A DNA stretch of 64,000 bases, taken from positions 1 through 64,000 of IMG/VR virus record IMGVR_UViG_3300023202_000135. The stretch is one strand, 5' to 3'. This stretch comes from a virus. The notes under the pieces are model-generated. The model saw only the letters and a list, made by a program, of their open reading frames with translations. It was not told the DNA's origin and did no database searches. Both the position numbers and the translations under genes were made by a program. Positions 54,452 to 60,114 of the stretch are shown one piece after another (the stretch's first letter is position 1; each line of letters starts with the position of its first letter).

Positions 54452-55486
54452 TCAAACCTCCACGAACAGGCGCGGGTGAAACTCCCACAGACGGTGGTCC
54501 CGGTCGAGGGCGTTGATGACCGCGATCTCCCAAGCGCCCGGAAGCGCCTCCGGCCCTTGGTGCGCACCGAGGAGGCCGCCGACGATTGCGGCGTTGGTGT
54601 CCGAGTCCCCGCCGCGATTCGTGATGTCGATGATCGCGTCGCGGTAGGGGGTGCCGTGGTACAGATGCCAGAAGGCGAGGCGGAAGGCCACGCGGACGAA
54701 GCCTTGCGCGCCGTACATGTCGAGCGCGATGCCGTGATCCTCGCCCATCACGAGGGCATCATCCTGCTCCGCCATGAGGAGGTCCTCGCTCAGCGCGCCG
54801 GCCGCCTCGTTGACTTCATCATCCGAGTACCGACCGGTGACGCGCAGCCGGGTCGCGGCCATCGTGATCGCGGCCTCGGCCGCCGCGGTGACCTTGGTGA
54901 CGGGCTCCTCGCGCAGCGCGTGGGCGATGGCGGTGGCGTAGGCCGCGCAAGCGCTCACGCACTTGGGGTCCGCGTGCGTGAGCGCTGCATCGGTGATGGC
55001 AAGCTGGATCCGCTCGTGATCGCGCTCCTCGTCCTGCCATCGCCATGCGCCGATGGGGGCGCACCTCATGAGCGAGCCATTGCCCGCCGCGCGCCGGCCA
55101 CCCTGATCCCAGGAGATGTACCCTTGGTCGACGTTGGCGCTCGCCAGGGCGGCACTGGTCTGCCCGCCGATGTCGAAGGTGACATTGCACCAAGCGCGGT
55201 ACAGCTCGTGGAGGACCTCGGGGTCGATGCCGTCTTCCAGGCACAGGTGGACGTGCAGGACGGTCGCCATCATGGTGTCGTCCGTGACCTGCCCCTTGGC
55301 CACGTTGAACGGGCCGCCGCCGACCAGCTCGGTCTGCGGGCCGTCCAAGAGCGTGTCCTTGGTCAGTGGGGGGAGGTCGCGGGGTCGGGCGAACTCGTTG
55401 GTGGTTCCGAAGGCGTCGCCGCAGGCGAGGCCCAAGAGGGCGCCGTTACGGCGCTTTTTGATGGGGATAGCAGGGGTCTGCGTCAT
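54452..55486 (-). CDS. ADP-ribosylglycohydrolase (ARH/DraG family)
   Basis: GLACGDAFG, TDDT, AGNGSLMRCAP, LTH, GGDSDTNAAIVGGLLGA. Confidence 0.93.
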   Translation of the reverse strand: MTQTPAIPIKKRRNGALLGLACGDAFGTTNEFARPRDLPPLTKDTLLDGPQTELVGGGPFNVAKGQVTDDTMMATVLHVHLCLEDGIDPEVLHELYRAWCNVTFDIGGQTSAALASANVDQGYISWDQGGRRAAGNGSLMRCAPIGAWRWQDEERDHERIQLAITDAALTHADPKCVSACAAYATAIAHALREEPVTKVTAAAEAAITMAATRLRVTGRYSDDEVNEAAGALSEDLLMAEQDDALVMGEDHGIALDMYGAQGFVRVAFRLAFWHLYHGTPYRDAIIDITNRGGDSDTNAAIVGGLLGAHQGPEALPGAWEIAVINALDRDHRLWEFHPRLFVEV

Positions 55487-55534
55487 GTTGGTCTCCGTGT
55501 CTTGAGCCGGCGGCTCTCCGTTTCTGACACTTTC

Positions 55535-55562
55535 AATATGCCGCGTGACGCGGGGGTGTCAA
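55535..55562 (-). promoter_or_regulatory. promoter of the ARH operon with a palindrome in the spacer
   Basis: TTGACA-N16-CATATT; spacer contains CCGCGTCACGCGG. Confidence 0.6.
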
Positions 55563-55645
55563 CTTGATTTCCCGGTGGCGGGGCATATTGCGGGCATCAC
55601 CTCCAGCAACAGAGGCGCCACGCGCCGAGACCCAAGGAGCCAGAC

Positions 55646-56275
55646 ATGGCCAAGTTCCTCACCCGAGAAGAGGCGATCGAGCGGGCACAGCGCGCCGTTG
55701 CCGAGATCAAAGCCGCGCTCAAGAAGCGCGACGACGCGGCCCGGCCGCGCGTGACCTGGGCCCCGGAGAAGCGCGCCGCGAGTGAAAGCGTCGGAGGGGC
55801 TTGGTTCCGCTGGACGACTGCAAGGGGCGAGCGCGCCGAATGGGTCCTGGTGTTCAAGGGGCGCGAGACGCCGGTCTCCTGCGACCGCGATGCGTGGTAC
55901 TGCACCAACGTGCAGGCGAGCCTGCACTCGTCCCTGCCGTTCCTGCGCGCGACCGCGAACGTAACGTGGACCGTAACGCGAAAGAACTTCGCCACCGACT
56001 TCGCGGCCAAGATGGTCGAGGCCTGGGACGCGGAGCTGGAGCAGGCGCGCGAGCAGGAAGACCGATCCGAGAAGGCGCTCGATCGCTGGCGTGAGAAGGT
56101 GCTGGGCCTCAAAGGTGACGACGTCTACGGCTGCGACCCGCAAGGTATCGACCTTGAGCGCGACAGCACCTTCGGTTCCATCACGCTGACCGTCCGATAC
56201 CATTCCCGTCCCGTTCTGGAAAAGGCCATCGCTGCATTGCGCAGCGTACTCCCTCCCAAGCACGAAGATGATTAA
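55646..56275 (+). CDS. hypothetical protein
   Basis: AAGGAG SD; divergent from the ARH gene. Confidence 0.7.
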   Translation: MAKFLTREEAIERAQRAVAEIKAALKKRDDAARPRVTWAPEKRAASESVGGAWFRWTTARGERAEWVLVFKGRETPVSCDRDAWYCTNVQASLHSSLPFLRATANVTWTVTRKNFATDFAAKMVEAWDAELEQAREQEDRSEKALDRWREKVLGLKGDDVYGCDPQGIDLERDSTFGSITLTVRYHSRPVLEKAIAALRSVLPPKHEDD

Positions 56276-56780
56276 CAAGGAGATACTCACCATGCACCCA
56301 CTCCTACAGATGATCGGCGGTTCCCCGCCAAAGTCGCCACTCGACGTGCTGCCCGTCCCGACGAACCGCATCGAAGACCTGTACACCGACATGCAGGCGA
56401 TGGAAGAGGACGGCAGCCACCGGGCTCAGTGGGACTTCTGGCGAAGCGTCCACCGCCATTTCCCTGCCCTGCACGGCAAGGAGTTCCGCCTCAACGTCGA
56501 CCACATCACGCGGCCTGTGTGGGAAGTCACAGGGGACAAGAAGCCTCCGGTCGTCGGCCGCAAGAACCGGCACGTGATCGAAGTCGAGGCCGAACACATC
56601 TACCCGATCCTGGAGATGCTCGACCGCGTCGACTCGGTGCTGGGGCGGTATCGTCTGTGGGCCTTCGTGGAGAAGGAATACCCGGCCACACGCGACCGTC
56701 TCCCCTGGCACATCCATCACGACATGGGTCGAGGCATGTGGCTCGTCGGCCGGCACGCGGACGAGGAAGAGGACGACTGA
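56268..56780 (+). CDS. hypothetical protein with internal duplication
   Basis: Two W..V...(F/Y)PA halves; the true start may be 56292, after AAGGAG. Confidence 0.65.
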   Translation: MINKEILTMHPLLQMIGGSPPKSPLDVLPVPTNRIEDLYTDMQAMEEDGSHRAQWDFWRSVHRHFPALHGKEFRLNVDHITRPVWEVTGDKKPPVVGRKNRHVIEVEAEHIYPILEMLDRVDSVLGRYRLWAFVEKEYPATRDRLPWHIHHDMGRGMWLVGRHADEEEDD

Positions 56781-56808
56781 TTCCGTAGGTCGGATTCAAC
56801 GGAGCGCC

Positions 56809-56846
56809 AAAAGACAGAGCCCCGGGGAACGCCCCCGGGGCTCTTT
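56809..56846. terminator. bidirectional terminator
   Basis: AGAGCCCCGGGG-AACGC-CCCCGGGGCTCT between convergent units. Confidence 0.75.
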
Positions 56847-57147
56847 GCGCATGAATCGGCTGAAAGGTGCGCGGTCGCTGAACGGCACAACCGTAGTGGC
56901 CCTGTGACGAAGTGTCAACGACGAATATGGCTGACCACTTTCGCCAGCGCCTCGGACGTCGCGAGCACAGCTTCGGCCCAGGAGCGGTAGGTGCCGCTCC
57001 AGATATACAGGCTGCCGTCTCCTAGACGCTCTGCGATAATTGCCACCCAACAGAGCGTGTCGACCATGTATATGCGGACCTCGTACACGAGCCGATTCTG
57101 GCACCACGGCAAATGCTGCAACCGCGTCAATATGGCGTAGTGCCGAG

Positions 57148-57218
57148 TTGCCTCCCCTGGACTCGAACCAGAACTAGCAGAGCCAAAATCTGCTGTGCTA
57201 CCATTACACCAGGAGGCA
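57148..57218 (-). tRNA. tRNA-Gln(TTG)
   Basis: Cloverleaf with GCAGA-TTTTGGC-TCTGC anticodon arm and T1-A72 pair. Confidence 0.9.
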
Positions 57219-57220
57219 TT

Positions 57221-57333
57221 GCGTCCGCGCCCCCTTATCCCTGTACTTCGGGGCTTGCGATTGGAGGGCCGGCGTTCCAACCCTCGCGCGCGCGTAGGGG
57301 CGCCCGGGCGCGCGAGAGGAGCAGGGACCGGCC
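57221..57333 (-). ncRNA. unclassified structured RNA between tRNAs
   Basis: Three stems plus two potential loop-tail pseudoknots. Confidence 0.4.
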
Positions 57334-57337
57334 AAAG

Positions 57338-57379
57338 CTGCCAAGGGAGGGGTCGAACCTCCGACCAGCGGATTAACAG
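57338..57379 (-). pseudogene. 3' half of an interrupted tRNA-Asn
   Basis: CTGTTAA-TCCGC-TGGTC-GGAGGTTCGACCCCTCC-CTTGGCA-G. Confidence 0.8.
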
Positions 57380-57382
57380 AAG

Positions 57383-57455
57383 CAGCCGGTGTGGGACTCG
57401 AACCCACTTCTCGCGGTTAACAGCCGCGCGTAAAGACCTGCTATACTATCCGGCT
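57383..57455 (-). tRNA. tRNA-Asn(GTT), nested copy
   Basis: CGCGG-CTGTTAA-CCGCG anticodon arm, GTGGG-TTCGAGT-CCCAC T arm, one acceptor-stem mismatch. Confidence 0.85.
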
Positions 57456-57817
57456 TGACGTGCGTTGTACCTGCCTGCGCATTTGCGTCCGCAGAACAGC
57501 AAGCCTGACCGACGCTGCGCCGCGAATCGAACCCTTGCGCGTGTCCGTTGGAATGCCTTACCGCATTCCGGGCATTCGAGATCAACCGCAGGATGCGCAT
57601 GGCGCGAACCATGATCCGCTCGCTTCACGAGTTCCAAGTTACCCGGTCGATTGTCCCGCTTCTTCCCGTTCATGTGATGGATCAGCTCGCCGGGCCCGGG
57701 GACCACTCCGTGCGTCTCCCAGTAGACGAGGTGATGCTCATAGCAGTACAGGCCTCGGTACCGCTTTCCGGGGTACCCTTCCGGGGCTTTCACCAGCTCG
57801 TACGGCCCGTTCCTCAT
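57446..57817 (-). CDS. HNH endonuclease with C-terminal Zn finger
   Basis: YEHHLV...IHHMNGKKRDNRPGNLEL and CPECG...FCGRKC. Confidence 0.88.
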   Translation of the reverse strand: MRNGPYELVKAPEGYPGKRYRGLYCYEHHLVYWETHGVVPGPGELIHHMNGKKRDNRPGNLELVKRADHGSRHAHPAVDLECPECGKAFQRTRARVRFAAQRRSGLLFCGRKCAGRYNARQAG

Positions 57818-57851
57818 TCGGGTAGTGTAGAACCGGAGTTAACACCGGCAA

Positions 57852-57879
57852 GCCCGCTCTACCGCTGAGCTACTTGGCA
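57852..57879 (-). pseudogene. 5' half of an interrupted tRNA-Asn
   Basis: TGCCAAG-TA-GCTC-AGCGGTA-GAGC; acceptor strand pairs 7/7 with CTTGGCA at 57339-57345. Confidence 0.8.
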
Positions 57880-57882
57880 ATA

Positions 57883-57968
57883 TGGCGGAAGGTCAAGGAA
57901 TCGAACCCTCATGCTTTCACATGGCCCGGTTTTCGAGACCGGTTGGACGCCGTTGTCCGCGACCCTCC
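57883..57968 (-). tRNA. tRNA-Ser(CGA)
   Basis: CCGGT-CTCGAAA-ACCGG, long variable arm, G73, encoded CCA. Confidence 0.88.
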
Positions 57969-57975
57969 GTAGTAT

Positions 57976-58048
57976 TGCTGCGAGGAGGAATCGAACCCCC
58001 GACCCGTCGATTACGAAACGACCGCTCTGCCGGCTGAGCTACCGCAGC
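57976..58048 (-). tRNA. tRNA-Thr(CGT)
   Basis: Anticodon loop TTCGTAA; canonical D and T arms. Confidence 0.88.
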
Positions 58049-58079
58049 ATGAAATGATCGTCCCTGCCCGTCAGGGTAA

Positions 58080-58174
58080 AGCTCCGTCGCGGCCTCGAAC
58101 CGCGTCCTTCCGTTCCGGGTGGGGATCGAACCCATGGGGGAGGTCGACGCCTCCCGAAGCCCATCGAACGAAGC
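58080..58174 (-). ncRNA. tRNA-like RNA with two T-arms and no clear anticodon arm
   Basis: GCTTCGT/ACGGAGC acceptor-like stem; two TTCGA loops. Confidence 0.5.
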
Positions 58175-58185
58175 AACGATCGTAG

Positions 58186-58262
58186 TGGAGCGCGCAGTCG
58201 GATTTGAACCGACGTCTCCTGCTTGGAAGGCAGGGGCCCTAGGCCAACTGGACGATGCGCGC
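58186..58262 (-). tRNA. tRNA-Gly(TCC)
   Basis: CCTGC-CTTCCAA-GCAGG, U73, encoded CCA. Confidence 0.92.
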
Positions 58263-58265
58263 GCG

Positions 58266-58341
58266 TGGTACTCGTGGGCGGACTCGAACCACCAACCTTC
58301 CGCGTATCAGACGGACGCTCTGACCATTGAGCTACACGAGA
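58266..58341 (-). tRNA. tRNA-Ile(GAT)
   Basis: TCCGT-CTGATAC-GCGGA, A73, encoded CCA. Confidence 0.9.
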
Positions 58342-58369
58342 TCGTGACTTGCCACTGTGATAGGTTGTC

Positions 58370-58405
58370 AAAGAAAAAGCCCCGAGCTTTGTAGGCCCGG
58401 GGCTT
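58370..58405 (-). terminator. attenuator terminator upstream of the tRNA array
   Basis: AAGCCCCGGGC-CTACAAA-GCTCGGGGCTT followed by TTTCTTT. Confidence 0.85.
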
Positions 58406-58430
58406 GGTTGGTCCTTGAAGCGAATGCGCG

Positions 58431-58508
58431 TTAGACCATGCAGCCCCGGTCGGTCCATCCCTGGATCGAATTACCGCCGGTGATCTGCGTGGGTTGCGTG
58501 AAGCGCAT
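58431..58508 (-). CDS. leaderless attenuator leader peptide MRFTQPTQITGGNSIQGWTDRGCMV
   Basis: ATG lies 7 nt after the -10 box; codons match the downstream tRNA set; overlaps the antiterminator strand. Confidence 0.75.
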   Translation of the reverse strand: MRFTQPTQITGGNSIQGWTDRGCMV

Positions 58509-58514
58509 GGTCGA

Positions 58515-58542
58515 ATCGTAGTGGTGCGGGGGGCGCAGTCAA
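58515..58542 (-). promoter_or_regulatory. promoter of the leader/tRNA operon
   Basis: TTGACT-N16-TACGAT with ACCAC before the -10. Confidence 0.7.
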
Positions 58543-58567
58543 CGAAACTGTCTCGCGGGCTGAGGTG

Positions 58568-59158
58568 TCAGTCGCCCGGGAGGGCGTCGTACAGCGCAGA
58601 GATTTGCGCCGGGGTGAGGGTCAGGTAATCCGTGCCCTCCGGCAACAGGCCGCATTCGATTGCGGCTTCGCACACGCGCTGATCGTGAGCCAGGAATAGC
58701 GGCATTGGATCCGGCATGCCCCGACGCTCCCACTCCTGGCGTATCTTTCTTCGGTACTCCGCGTCGTCCTGTTCCTCGGCCGCGTGCGCATCGGCGGCCG
58801 TGTTGAAGGCCTGCACCACTTTGACCTCGGTGGCCTCGAAAACCGGAATGGTCAGGTCCTTGGCCAGCTCATCGTCGTACTCGTGTACCTCTGTCATCAC
58901 GTACGTGGCCTGAACCATGAGGTAATCAGCGAACTCATCGGCATCCTCTCGAAGTTCGATGTCATCGGCGTCGTACACGTCCATCGCGTAGTCCCACCAC
59001 AGGTCCAGCAAGTCGTGCAGGTCGTCCCACGCCACTGACCCCGGGTCGGGCGGCCATGCAGTTCCAGCAATCGGGTCGAGGGTATCCAATCCCCCTGAGA
59101 AAATAATCCTTCCGACGAGGGTAATCGGTGCCTTGGTGGGTCGGTTGTGCGCGATCAT
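58568..59158 (-). CDS. hypothetical acidic protein
   Basis: AAGGAG SD; upstream promoter TTGCAC-N17-AATACT at 59182-59210. Confidence 0.65.
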   Translation of the reverse strand: MIAHNRPTKAPITLVGRIIFSGGLDTLDPIAGTAWPPDPGSVAWDDLHDLLDLWWDYAMDVYDADDIELREDADEFADYLMVQATYVMTEVHEYDDELAKDLTIPVFEATEVKVVQAFNTAADAHAAEEQDDAEYRRKIRQEWERRGMPDPMPLFLAHDQRVCEAAIECGLLPEGTDYLTLTPAQISALYDALPGD

Positions 59159-59343
59159 GGCGACTCCTTTCAGCCGGTGTGAGTATTCGAGCGTGACGCG
59201 CGCGGTGCAAGTCTTTTCTCGCGTTACTCGGTATTATCGAGTATTCGCTTGAACGGGCCGTGTTCGTCGTCGGGGCGAACACCTGTGCGTAGTCGCTGTG
59301 TCATTGCGTCACCTCATGAAGAAGGGGGCGAGCCAAAGCCCGG

Positions 59344-60015
59344 TCACTTCACCGCGCGGTACGCGATGCGCTTGCCGATCCGGTTGATGGATGCCCCGCT
59401 GAGTCCGTACTCCTCGCCCAGTTCCCGCTGGTTCTCGCCGGCATCGTACCGAGCGCGGATATCGCGGACCTGCGCGTCGGTCAAGGCTCCGCGACGCGAT
59501 CCGCGACCTACCTTGGTAATCGGCCCCCCAACCGCAGGCCACGTGACTCCCGTGACAAGCTGCCCGATGGTGGGCTGGCTTACCCCGAACTCGACGGCAA
59601 GGTCGGACTGCTTGGATCCGGCCGCGTACCTCTTTCTAATGTCGACGATATTCTCGTCGGACAGCTTTCGCCCGTTGCCGAGCACAGCACGCGAGTGGAG
59701 ATTGTTCGTCGTTGGCGTAGTCCACTCCAAGTTTGCCGGTCGGTTGTTCTGTCGGTCACCGTCGATGTGGTTGACCGGGGAGTCGGCGTGAGATGGTGGG
59801 CCGTTGAATGCGCGGCAGACGAGGCGGTGAACCAGCACCTGCTTCTGCTCGTTGCGGTGGCTCAACGTCACCCGCAGATAACCCATCGTGTGGTTCTTGA
59901 GGGCGAGCACACCGCCGCCGGATCCCCGGCTTTTCGACACGCGCCGCACGTTGCCGTGGTCGCTGACCTCGTAGACGCCTTCATAGCCGTCGACGGGCTT
60001 CCAGGATTCGGACAT
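59344..60015 (-). CDS. NUMOD4-HNH homing endonuclease
   Basis: WKPVDGYEGVYEVSDHGNVR, VHRLVC, NHIDGDRQNNRPANLEW and two HTH repeats. Confidence 0.9.
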   Translation of the reverse strand: MSESWKPVDGYEGVYEVSDHGNVRRVSKSRGSGGGVLALKNHTMGYLRVTLSHRNEQKQVLVHRLVCRAFNGPPSHADSPVNHIDGDRQNNRPANLEWTTPTTNNLHSRAVLGNGRKLSDENIVDIRKRYAAGSKQSDLAVEFGVSQPTIGQLVTGVTWPAVGGPITKVGRGSRRGALTDAQVRDIRARYDAGENQRELGEEYGLSGASINRIGKRIAYRAVK

Positions 60016-60016
60016 G

Positions 60017-60049
60017 AAATGACCCCCGCAGGTTGAGTGCGGGGGTCAT
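60017..60049 (-). terminator. hairpin after the capsid gene, abutting the HNH start
   Basis: ATGACCCCCGCA-CTCAACC-TGCGGGGGTCAT with a short T tail. Confidence 0.6.
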
Positions 60050-60114
60050 CGTGAAGCACGAACGTAAATGGTCAATGCCCAATTACGTAAGAACTATCTC
60101 TTCCTTGAACTTGG

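Noticed and set aside
56915-57107. Short ORFs downstream of tRNA-Gln
   Set aside because: No SD, atypical codon usage and no motifs.
57221-57333. HDV-like tRNA-associated ribozyme
   Set aside because: It begins GGCCGG/TCCCTG like HDV, but I could not build the P3/P1/P1.1 order. Kept only as an unclassified RNA.
57380-57851. Group I or bulge-helix-bulge intron in tRNA-Asn
   Set aside because: The insert is filled by an ORF and a tRNA, leaving no room for a group I core, and no clean splice product or BHB motif is evident.
58340-58371. TTGACA overlapping the terminator tail as an internal tRNA promoter
   Set aside because: There is no -10 box at 16-18 nt, and the nearest candidate (CACGAT, 19 nt) overlaps the first base of tRNA-Ile. 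It cannot be fully excluded.
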